DNA from: Scyliorhinus canicula
Taxonomy: Eukaryota
Assembly (NCBI RefSeq): GCF_902713615.1
Contig: NC_052146.1
Coordinates: 17,066,938-17,130,937 of the forward strand
DNA length: 64,000 nucleotides
Direction of reading: 5' to 3'
Shown: piece after piece, positions 37,956 through 49,012 of the stretch
How the letters are laid out: each line of letters begins with the position of its first letter
Position numbering within the stretch: position 1 is the first letter of the stretch
Notes under the pieces: generated by a model
What the model saw: only the letters and a program-made list of their open reading frames with translations
Databases searched by the model: none
Told to the model about the DNA's origin: nothing
Program-made: the position numbers and the translations under genes

Positions 37956-40900
37956 ACAGGGAAATGCAGGACTAGTGTGTCCTGTGTTTCTATGTGAATT
38001 TCACCAATTGACACAATTTTGTTTTTCCAAGTTTATAGATGGGGTGCAGACTTGACCTGCTGTTTCATAGAATCATAGAATTTACAGTGCAGAAGGAGGC
38101 CATTTGGCCCATCGAATCTGCACCAGCTCTTTGAAAGAGCACCCTACCCAAGCCCCCACAGCCATCCTATCCCCATAACCCAGTAACCCCGCCCAACACT
38201 ATGGGCAATTTTGGACACTAAGGGCAATTTATCATGTCCAATTCACCTAACCTGCACATCTTTGGACTGTGGGAGGAAACCGGAGCACCCGGAGGAAACC
38301 CACGCAGCCATGGGGAGAACGTGCAGACTCCGCACAGACAGTGACCCAAGCCGGGAATCGAACCTGGCACCCTGGAGCTGTGAAGCAATTGTGCTACCCA
38401 CTATGCTACCGTGCTGCCCTGTTGAAATGAACAGTTTGGCTAATTGACTTTTGATAATTCCGTAGCTTTTGAATATCAAAACGTATCACATTGGGATACA
38501 AAAAAAATGTCTGTACTTGATCAGCACCACCGGGCTTTGTCAGATGTAATGATCTAATTGTATTTTTTTAAATATAAATTTAGAGTACCCAATTATTTTT
38601 TTCCAATTAAGGGCCAATTTTAGCCTGGCCAATCCTACCCTGCACATTTTTGGGTTGTGCGGGTGAGACCCATGCAGACAGGGGGAGAATGTGAAAACTC
38701 CACACAGTGACCCGGGGCCTGGGTCAAACCTGGGTCCTCAGCGCCATGAGGCAGCGGTGCTAACCACTGCACCACCCTGCCATCCCTAATATTGTACTTT
38801 TAATGTAAATATTGGACATTATATCACCACTTGACCAGATTTCAAACAGGCACCGCGTAGAGAGAAAAACCACAGACGGTGGTATTGACCTGGTTTTGAC
38901 ACATGTACTGCACTCCTCCATCACCCCAGATAGATAACAGTCCCTGTAACATTGCATACTCCTTAGAATAATTTCACACAAGTCCTCACTCCAGCCATGT
39001 AGTCTTTTCAAAATGTGTTTCAAGTGTACATAAGTAAGATTCCTTTGGCGAATGTGCACCCACATCCAGGCAAGGATGTGGAAATGGCTTCCAATATCAG
39101 AATATCAATATTGCAGCTCAAAGATAGAAACATCCCCGACATAACAATGAATCTTGAACTCAACCTAGGAACAGAGGAATTACGAGATGAAAAATAAAAA
39201 CAAAAGTCTATCAAATCTGCCTTCTATCATGCTGGTAATTGCTGGAGTTGATTAATCACACAATTAATTGGCCCACGCCAGATATCTGTCAAGGTACAAG
39301 GAACCCCACCCTCCACTGGATTTCAGGAACCAATGGTCCAGGATCACCTGCTCCTCACAAACATGTTCCACTTGTCATGCCTCAAAATTGCTCAGATTTT
39401 TCCCTTCTATACTCCTTTAGTGCTTCACATCCTCCCCGCAGCTCTTCGAGTGACAGGCATTTTAGGTACACAGCGGTTAGGAACTGAGGTGAGACCAGCC
39501 ACAAAACCCATGACATGGGACCCCAACAATAAGAACGCAAACCTAAAAATAACAGCATTTTGTAACAAGGAATCTCTGCACAGAATAAAGTGTGTATTAT
39601 TAGCAGTTTAGTTGTCACCCTAAATAAACCAACTGTGAAAGTGTCATTGCACGTTTTTTGGGCGAGGAGGAGGGGTCCTATAGATTGCACCAAAAAACCG
39701 AGCATGCAGCTGCCTCCTTGTGCATTTTATTAAATGCTAACAGTTGTATGCAATGGGTTGAATAATTTACAGGAATACTTGGCTCTCCGCATTCGACACA
39801 TTTCCATTAACTGTTAAACGGTGAGGGTATCATTGGTTCTGAGACCTCATTCGTCCTCTTCACACGCCCAATCGCAGAGGCTGCAACGCTTAAATCATAA
39901 TCAGGAATGTTTTCTTTTTGAAAATGCCTTCATCAATGTTCACCACTTCCATTCCCACTCCCCGTCAGAATATGGTACCATAGGCACCGGTCGCTCTCCA
40001 GTCCCTCACGTATGTGGGCATCCACCAGCTCAGATAACGTGGAGTGTGTGTAAAATCCTATTTTGCTTTTTGAGTGTTAAATTCTATTTTGTGCTCATTT
40101 GATGTCCACCCACACACTTTCCAGCAGAGAGGGCTGGATATCAGGAATCCCAGTTGATTTTTCCATCCCAAACCCAGGAGAAATGAAGTCAATGTTAGTT
40201 CACCGGATGAGGTTGATACGAGCCAGGGGACAGAACCAGAGACTTTTTGCTCGGAGTGTTTCAGTTGGGCAGCATGGTAGCATAGTGGTTAGCACTGTGG
40301 CATCACAGCGGAAGGGTCCCAGGTTCAATTCCCTGCTGGGTCACTGTCTATGCGGAGTCTGCACGCTCTCCCCGTGTCTGCGTGGGTTTCCTCCGGGTGC
40401 TCCGGTTTCCTCCCACAGTCCAAAGACGTGCAGGTTAGGTGGATTGGCCATGATAAATTGCCCTTAGTGACCAAAAAGGTTAGGAGGGGTTACTGGGATA
40501 GGGTGGAGCTGAGGGCTTGGGTGGGTCGGCGCAGACTTGATGGGCCGAATGGCCTCCTTCTACACTGTAATGTTCTAAACAGCCTCAGTGAGGCAACTTT
40601 CGGTCGAGGCTGGATTCAACCGAGCTACCGGGCCTGAAAGGTCACCAATCTTTTTTTTAAATAAATTTAGAGTACCCAATTATTTTTTTCCAATTAAGGG
40701 GCAATTTAACGTGGCCAATCCACCTATCCGGCACATCTTTTGAGTTGTGGGGGCGAAACCCACGCACGCACGGGGAGAAAGTACGAACCCGGGTCCTCAG
40801 TGCCATTGGCAGCCGTGCTAACCACTGCGCTACCGTGCTGCCCGAGGACAGCAATCTAATGGTGGGAGCTCGCTGCTTGCAATTTGGGAGCTGGATTTTC

Positions 40901-41179
40901 TGTAGTACAAGAACAGTCCTCTAAAGTCATTAATTGGCCATGGGTATTCTAATGTGCTTTACAGTCAATGAAGTAGTTTTAGTATCCTTGCTGCTGTAAT
41001 ATAGGAAGTACAGCAGCCAAATTGCGAACAGCAAGATCTCACAGACAGCAATGCAATCTTGACCAGATAATCAGATTTTGTGATGTGTGGGCTGCAAGGA
41101 TATAACTCTGTTGCTCTTCTTTGAGCACAGTAAGAAGTCTTACAACACCAGGTTAAAGTCCCAACATGTTTGTTTCAAA

Positions 41180-41214
41180 CACTAGCTTTCGGAGCACTGC
41201 TCCTTCCTCAGGTG
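41180..41214 (-). ncRNA. Minimal type I hammerhead ribozyme motif
   Basis: Minus strand reads cac-CTGAGGA-a-ggagc-agt-gctcc-GAAA-gc-TA-gtg: CUGAnGA box, 5-bp stem II, GAAA box, palindromic AGCU stem III, UH site, short stem I. Confidence 0.65.
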
Positions 41215-41224
41215 AAACTTCATT

Positions 41225-41259
41225 CACCTGAGGAAGGAGCAGTGCTCTGAAAGCTAGTG
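41225..41259 (+). ncRNA. Minimal hammerhead ribozyme motif (mirror copy)
   Basis: cac-CTGAGGA-a-ggagc-agt-gctct-GAAA-gc-TA-gtg; stem II is closed by a G-U wobble. Confidence 0.55.
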
Positions 41260-42776
41260 TTTGAAACAAACCTGTTGGACTTTAACCTGGTGCTGTCAGA
41301 CTTCTTACTGTGCTCACCCCAGTCCAACGCCGGCATCTCCACATCATGGCTCTTCTTTGAAGTAGCAACTGATGGAGCCTGCAGTATAAATCTAGAGGCG
41401 AGACTGTCTGCTCCAGAATCGATTGAGCCCTCATGTTTAACACTGATTCTGCAGTAGTGCAAATGCTTTAGTCTCAGAATCAATTGGACGAACACACACA
41501 CACACAAATCAAAAACAGAAAATGCTGGAAAAACTCAGGCTGTCTGGCAGCATTTGCGGAGAGAGAAAATAAGAGTTTTTATGTTTCGAGTCGGTGTGAC
41601 TTCCTTCTTCAGAGCATCGGCAGTATGTTGCTTTAGCCACACAAAAATAACTTTGGAAGTTGTATGTATTCCACGTGCCAACAAGATTAACTGATCTGTA
41701 ACTAAGAGTCGATGTAAATCCGAGATAGGAGTTGAGAATATTTTAGAATAAACTGGGATTATTTTCATTGAGGATGACCCAGAGAAAACCCAACCAAAGT
41801 GCTTTGTTCAAATACTGGCTCCTATATTTAACGCTTCCCTGTTAACCTTGAAAAGGTGTGAATTTCCTGAATGGCCTGCTGACTACCACAGACATCTCCC
41901 ATTAACAGCTCATTAAGTTCACATCTTCACTAACTGAAATTCAGAGGCCGAGCACACTAAATTACAACCCAATGTACCGCACCTCACTTTCTTGCCATTT
42001 ATTGGTCATCTTCCAGTCCCTTAGCCAAGTTACAAATTGCACAGAGTGAGTGCATTAATATGTGCTGCCAAGCCATGTGGGTACATCATAATAATAATCT
42101 TTATTGTCACAAGTAGGCTTACATTAACACTGCAATGAGGTTACTGTGAAATGCCCCGAGTTGCCACATTCCGGCGCCTGTTTGGGTACACAGAGGGAGA
42201 ATTCAGAATTCCCAAATCACCTAATAGCATGTCTTTCGGGATTTGTGGGAGGAAACCGGAGCACCCAGAGGACACCCACGTAGACACCGGGAGGACGTGC
42301 AGACTCCGCACAGACAGTGACCCAAGCCAGGAAGTGAACCTGGGACCCTGGCGTTGTGATGCCATAGTGCTAACCACTGCTACCGTGCTGCCCTATAGAT
42401 AAAAACAGAAAATGTTCTTTTTCAGAGAGTGAATAAGAGTCATACTAGACTCGAAACGCTAACTCTGTTTCTCTCTCCAATCAACGGCAATCAACAATCT
42501 TTATTAGTAGGGGCAGCACGGTGGTGCAGTGGGTTAGTCCTGCAGCCTCACGGCGCCGAGGTCCCAGGTTCGATCCCGACTCTGGGTCACTGCCCGTGTG
42601 GAGTTTGCACATTCTCCCCGTGTCTGCGTGGGTTTTGCCCCCACAACCCAAAGATGTGCAGGGTAGGTGGATTGGCCACGCTAAATTACCCCTTAGTTAG
42701 AAAAATTAATTGGGTACTCTAAATTTATAAAAGAAAATCGTTATTAGTGTCACAAGTAGGCTTACATTAACACTGC

Positions 42777-42966
42777 AAGAAGTCTTACAATACCAGGTTA
42801 AAGTCCAACAGGTTTGTTTCAAACACTAGCTTTCGGAGCACTGCTCCTTCTTCAGGTGAATCATTCAGCTGAAGGAGGAGCAGTGCTCCGAAAGGACTTT
42901 AACCTGGTGTTGTAAGACTTCTTACTGTGCTCACCCCAGTCCAACGCCGGCATCTTCACATCATGA
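42777..42966. mobile_element. Second palindromic Penelope-like insertion with hammerhead motif
   Basis: Same family as 41122-41348. The left arm (minus strand) has CTGAAGA…GAAAgcTAgtg intact; the right arm has an internal deletion. Flanked by near-duplicate tacattaaca(c/t)tg inside a SINE tail. Confidence 0.7.
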
Positions 42967-43375
42967 CTACATTAACATTGTAATGACGTTACTGTGAAAA
43001 TCCCCTAGTCGCCACATTCCGGCGCCTGTTTGGGTACACCGAGGGAGAATTCAGAATGTCCAATTCACTTCACAAGCATGTCTTTGGCGACTTGTGGGAG
43101 GAGCCTCATGCAGACACGGGGAGAACGTGCAGACTCCATACTCCCAAGCTGGGAATCAAACCCAGGTCCTTGGTGTTGTGAAGCAGCAGTGTTATCGTGC
43201 TGCCCTTAAGATGCTGCCAGCCCTGCTGAACGTTTCCAGCACCTGGAGTATTTTGCTTTTATTTTAGTACCCAACTGTAATCCTCTGACAAAGCTACACA
43301 CGCAAACTTTTCAGTAAAGGTCACTGGAGCACTGGTTTATTATTGACCTTCACCCAAAAATGAAATGAAACTGTC

Positions 43376-43688
43376 GGGGCTGGTTTAGCACACTGGGCTA
43401 AATTGTTGGCTTGTAAAGCAGACCAAGGCAGGCCAGCAGCACGGTTCAATTCCCGTACCAGACTCCCCGAATGTGGCGACTAGGGGCTTTTCACAGTAAC
43501 TTCATTGAAGCCTACTCGTGACAATAAGCGATTTCATTATTGTCACAAGTAGGCTTCAAATGAAGTTACTGTGAAAAGCCCCTAGTTGCCACATTCCGGC
43601 ACCTTTTCGGGGAGGCTGGTACGGGAATTTAACCGTGCTGCTGGCCTGCCTTAAAAGCCAGCTATTTAGCCCTGTGCTAAACCACCCC
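43376..43688. mobile_element. Two copies, tail to tail, of a short tRNA-derived SINE without the V core (also 1-90, 4218-4370, 11845-12210, 31495-31680, 58636-59620)
   Basis: Head ggggctggtttagcacactgggctaaa…ggttcaattcccgtaccag and tail gaatgtggcgactaggggcttttcacagtaacttcattgaagcctactcgtgacaataagcgattt. Confidence 0.75.
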
Positions 43689-45589
43689 CTGAGTGAGCCT
43701 AAGTACGGTGCTCATTCAGAGGGTCAGTACATATTCGATGGGCTGAATGGCCTCCTTCTGCACTGTAGGGATTCTATCAAATCTATGAAATGTATATTGC
43801 AAATATAACGTGTAATTGTAAGTTCTGATAAAAGATCACAGCCTGAAATGTTAATTCTATTTCTCTCTCCACAGATGCTGCCAGACAGACTGAGTATTTC
43901 CGGCCTTTTCTGTTTTTGCAACTTTAGTGAGGCGCCCGAGTGTCTCAAACTGTTCCGAAATTGAACTGTATTGTACTTATATGCATCGTCAAATTTGAAC
44001 TTATGTAATACACTTTCACAAATGTTATGAATAAAATGTGCATTAAAATAAAATAGCGACCACACTTCAGAAACAACTTGATGGCTGAAAAACACTGGGG
44101 AAATCCTGAGGTCAAGAAAGGTGCTACATAAATGCAAATTCTTTGTTTTTCTAGCTGAGATTCCAATTTCAGTCGCACCGCTCTGACGGGGTTTGGGGCG
44201 AGGCGAGACGATAGGCCCGAGACCTTTCTACGGGGGATGTTGAGAATTCACGTAAAGGGTTAATCATCCTCTTTGAAGTGACTGGTTCCTTTGCCGTGCT
44301 GACGGGCATCTTCCATGAGGTCAGCTGATCTACCCTCTTGGAGAACCCAAAGCTCGGGCTGGGGTGGGTTAAGAGGAGGAAAATTCGGCGTTTGGACTGT
44401 TGGTTATTTCAACATTTCAAGCTGTGACATTCCAATCAATGCAAACTCATTTTTACATGTTGTACCTATTTGAACAGTAGAAGCACTCAAAAAACAAAAT
44501 TCCAGATTAAGGAAAAATCAAATGACCCCAGATAATGATGACCACAGTATCATACAAGACTATTAGCAAAGGTCATATCTTTAAAACAATTCAAAAATAT
44601 GATTTAATCATACTGCAATCCCCCCTGCCCTGAAAAGTCATTCATTTCAACCAAGTACATTTACAGGTTTGCAACTCGGAAACGCACTGGCCCCAAACCC
44701 CCTTCCCTACATCTGAAAAATAGATCATATTCATACACTTTTTAAACTAGCTTTTTTAAGGCATGTAAAAGCATCTTGGGCCTTGGGCGAAAGGAATGCA
44801 TTAGACGAGACACAGGACATTGTGCAGCAACTGCATTACTGCTGTATGCAGAGCAGGCCATTGACTCGAGTGCTTTAAAACAGTTCTTCTGGGGCGGCAC
44901 GTGGCGCAGTGGTTAGCACTAGAACTGCAGCACTGAGGACCCGGGTTCGAATCCTGGCCCTGAGTCACAGTCTGTGTGGAGTTTGCACATTCTCCCCGTG
45001 TCTGCGTGGGTTTCGCCCCCACAACCCAAATATGTGCAGGGTAGGTGGATTGGCCACGCTAAATTGCCCCTTAATTGGAAAAAAAATTGGGTACTCTAAA
45101 TTTAAATTTAAAAAAAAAGTTCTTCCCACATTTCATACAGCATTTATTTATTTATAAGTAAGGTCAATATTCAGGCACCTCCTATGCTATGCTGAGATAT
45201 TCAGTAGAGTCTTACACATTGCAGCCACCTCTATTATACCACACTTATTGATGCCTTACAACAAGCTTCTCGTTACTTCTTACTATGGAACATACCAAAG
45301 GTGTTGCCATCTCAAAGCTCTGGCTTAAATATAATGATAATAATAATCTTTATTGTCACAAGTAGGTTACATTAACACTGCAATGAAGTTATTGTGAAAA
45401 GCCCCTAGTCGCCACATTCCGACACCTGTTTGGGTACACAGAGGGAGAATTCAGAATGTCTAAATTACCTAACAGCACGTCTTTCATAACAGGGAGAGTG
45501 TGCAGACTCCACACAGACAGTGACCCAAGCCTGAGTATAATCAATCATCTTAATTTAGCATGAATTCCTTTAAAAAAAATTAACCGGTG

Positions 45590-46255
45590 ACCAGGCGGCG
45601 TGGGCGGAGCAGACATCTGCACCACCACCTCCCGCTGGCACGGGGCCCCCTGGGAGGAGACTGAGGAGATCCTGCCTGTCGATGATCCCGGTGGCGGGAT
45701 CAAGGCAGCCCTGGGTTGGTTGGTGGTCCCGTGTCGCCCGCCGCACTCAGTGTGGTGGAGGATTCGGGCCCGGAGGGCGACTATCCGAAGGCTGTCAGCC
45801 GCCCAGTGTCGGGAGCGCAGGGTGCACGAGACACTCTGTAGCGGGGTGCGGGTCTCACTCGTGCCTGACACTGTGTCGCCACTCACCCCCTCTGGGGGAC
45901 TTCCAGAACCTGGCACATCATAATTGAAGGCTCTTTTATTTTTCTGCCTCCGTAGATAGTTCAGGCAGTGCCTTATTGCCCCCCCCGCCCCACCAACACC
46001 CCGACTCATTCCCTCCCCAACACCCTCCTTTCCCCTCTCTCCCCACCACCCCCTTCCTTTCCTTTCTGTTGGTACAGAGGCGAGGGTATCTGGTCTCTCC
46101 AGCGCAAAGTTTAGTGCTTGTACCATTTGTTTTTTCAGAAATGTGTTGCGAACTGTTTTAATAATCAGAGTACCCCCCTCCCCGTACATTGGTACTGAGC
46201 GGAGGGTACCCTGTTTCTCTGGCCTTGTATATGTTTTTTACTGTTTTAATAAAAA
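45590..46255 (+). mobile_element. Degenerate Tx1/L1-type LINE 3' end
   Basis: GC-rich, frameshifted segment with IKAAL-W… and …RRLSAAQ…RDTL-RG resembling Tx1-clade ORF2 C-termini, followed by a pyrimidine-rich tail ending aataaaaa. Confidence 0.45.
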
Positions 46256-47903
46256 GATATGGCCATTCCACATAACCTGCACATCTTTTTGGGTTGTGGG
46301 TGTGGGACCCACGCAGACAAGGGAAAATGTGTAAACTCCACACAGACAGTGACCCAGGGCCGGGATCGAATCCAGGTCCTCTGCACCGTGAGGCTGCAGT
46401 GCTAACCACTGCGCTGCCTTGTGCACCTTCCTTCTTGAGGGTCGGCGGCTAATTGCAATAAAATCACCAGTGCAGAAGGAGGCCATTCAGCCATCCTGCC
46501 TGGCTCGGCAAATAAGCAATTCCTTTCGTGCCACTCTCCAGCCACAGAGCAAACTTCCACAAACAACAATGGCATAAGAAGATCATCTGTCTGTTTTGGT
46601 GATGTCTACTACTAACATTTGCCTTTCCTCGATCATCCCTATGGTAAGCAAAATCACTCCCTGGTTGTGATCACTTAACTCAGCACAGCTCCTGGAGCAA
46701 GTCTAAGACTCATGTCTGGCCTTGATGCATCCCGAAACAATAAAATATTTTGTTAAGATTCCCTCAATCCTATAAAGAGTGCCACATTAACATTCCACAG
46801 GAGCCATGGTCTGACCTCCCAACAGAAAGGTTTTAAGCCTGGAGATAGAAAAAGATCACATCACAGATTGAGAAGCCTGAAGGAAAGACAAAAGTCACTG
46901 CAGGTTCCTGAATGTTTGAAAGTGAACAAAAGGTTCAGATGCGAGCCTTAAATACAGTATACATCTCAAAAAAGGACTAACCATTCATTCTTTTTCTAAT
47001 GCTGATCAATGTGGTGATTTTCCAGCATTGTTCACACTAGGTAGGTCACAGCACAGAGGTGGGCCATAGATCCGATAATTGAATGGTTGAAAGATTGCAG
47101 AGAGGTCAAGGGAGCTGGGTGGTCAGATGAAAATAAGATGCTTTCTCTGGCTATGACTGGGACAGTTTTAGTGCTGTGACCAGTTAAAATCAAGAATGCC
47201 GCGACTCCAAAAGATGCAATCACACACTGGCCATTCTTTTTAGGACCTGGTTATTCTTAACTCCCCCATGCGCCACTAGGAAACTTTGACTTTAATGTAC
47301 ATTTAACTGATCTCCTCTCCCCCGCCCCCTCCCCTGAGCAAAGAGTCAGTGCTTTCAGAAGAGGAGAAACGTTTGGGACTAGACGTTTTACTTGCCACTT
47401 CCATCCCCGAGGAGTAAGAAAATCCAAAAGATTCTCAATCCCAACAAATGCCAGTTTTAGTTCTCTGTTTCGCAGCAATCTTTCCCCATCCCTATCCCAC
47501 CCTCCCATCCCAAAAATAAAGCCTTTTCATTCCTTTTAGGCAATTTACCTTAAAAGCAAAGTACCATCTTTTTAAAAAAATAAAGTAGAACCACTACAGT
47601 GCAGCCGGGAGTCTGCACCGACCCTCTGAAGGAGCACACGACCTAGGCCCAATCCAATCCTCCACCCTATCCTCGCAATTCCAATAAGGGCAATTTAGCA
47701 TGGCCACTCCACCTAACCTGCACATACTTTTGGACTATGGGAGGAAACCAGATCACCCGGTGAAAACCCACGCAGACACGGGGAGAATGTGCAAACTCCA
47801 CACAGTCACCCGAGGTCGGAATCGAAGAGTACCCAATTCTTTTTTTTTCCCAATTAAGGGGCAATTTAGTATGTCCAATTTACCTGCCAGGCACATCTTT
47901 GGG

Positions 47904-47904
<1 letters not shown>

Positions 47905-47941
<37 letters not shown>
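47905..47941. repeat. (TG)n microsatellite expanded inside a SINE
   Basis: Replaces the usual ttgtgggg of the SINE body; a similar expansion lies at 28883-28909. Confidence 0.9.
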
Positions 47942-48639
47942 TGAGGGTGGTGGAGACCGACGCAGACACTGGGAGAAGCTGAAAACGCCACAAGGTCGAG
48001 ATCGAGCCTGGCTCCTGGGTGCTGTGCAGCAGCAGTGCTAACCACAGCGCCACTGTGCTGCCTGCAAAGTAGCATCGGTAATGATGGTTGATCTTACTGC
48101 AATTTGAAAACAAGAATGCTTCCAAAATTGGACAAATTCCCTGCCAGTATTCAGGTTAACTCAGGTTTTGCTGAAAGCTGGATAAATTCGGGCCAAAAAT
48201 AGGAAACGATTTTCAGCATCCAGTCGATGTGTTTCCAGAAGACAATTATGAATTCAAAACTGCACATTATGGTTTTGCAGAACCAGCTGTGCTAGCTAAA
48301 AATTGAAAACTGATCCTGATGCAAGCAAGAATAAACTAGATCAGGCAGATTTTGCGGTACCCAAATTCAGTGCAATTGAGGTATTACTGGAAATCAGTAA
48401 GGACTGTCCAGATTTTGAACAGTATTCTAAATAACCTGAGTGAAAGCAATATTAACAATCTTTCATTCTTATAGTGCTTTCAACACAGCAAAATGTCCCA
48501 AGCTGCTCTTCTGAGCAGACAAAAACTGTCACGGAGCAAAAGGAGGAAATACAAAGATAGGTGAGAGTTGGCTTTATGCCCAAATATGTGCAGGTTAAGT
48601 GGATTGGCCATGATCAATGCACAGGGTTACGGGGACAAA

Positions 48640-49012
48640 GAACAGTAAAGCAGAGGAACAGGCCCTTTGGCACTCCAAGCCTGTACCAGTCATGATACCA
48701 ACCTTGGCCAAAACCCTCAGCACTTCCTTGTGCCGAATCCCTCTATACCCATCCTATCCATGATTTTGTCAAGATGCTTTTGAACGCCGTTAATGTATCT
48801 GCTTCCACAACCTCCCCTGGCAACGTGTTCCAGGCACTTACCACCCTTTGTATAAAAGACTTGCCTCGCCACATCTCCTGTAAATGTTGCCTCACGGACC
48901 TTAAACCTATGCCCCCTGGTGACTGACCCCTTCACCCGAGGAAAGAGTGCCTGCTCATCCAGTCTATCCATGCCCCTCATAATCTTGTAGACCTCTATCA
49001 GGTCACCCCTTA
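48640..49012 (-). mobile_element. CR1 LINE 3' fragment nested in a SINE tail
   Basis: MRGMDRLDEQALFPRVKGSVTRGHRFKVR. Confidence 0.8.

Larger units (their letters stand above)
41122..41348. mobile_element. Penelope-like element pseudo-LTR in inverted (palindromic) arrangement
   Basis: Two near-identical ~95-bp arms in opposite orientation around a short spacer (about 41217-41222); each arm carries a hammerhead core. Confidence 0.75.

Noticed and set aside
45545-46189. 214-aa minus-strand ORF as a host gene
   Set aside because: Low-complexity antisense reading of a GC-rich decayed LINE end; no recognisable domain or splice pattern.
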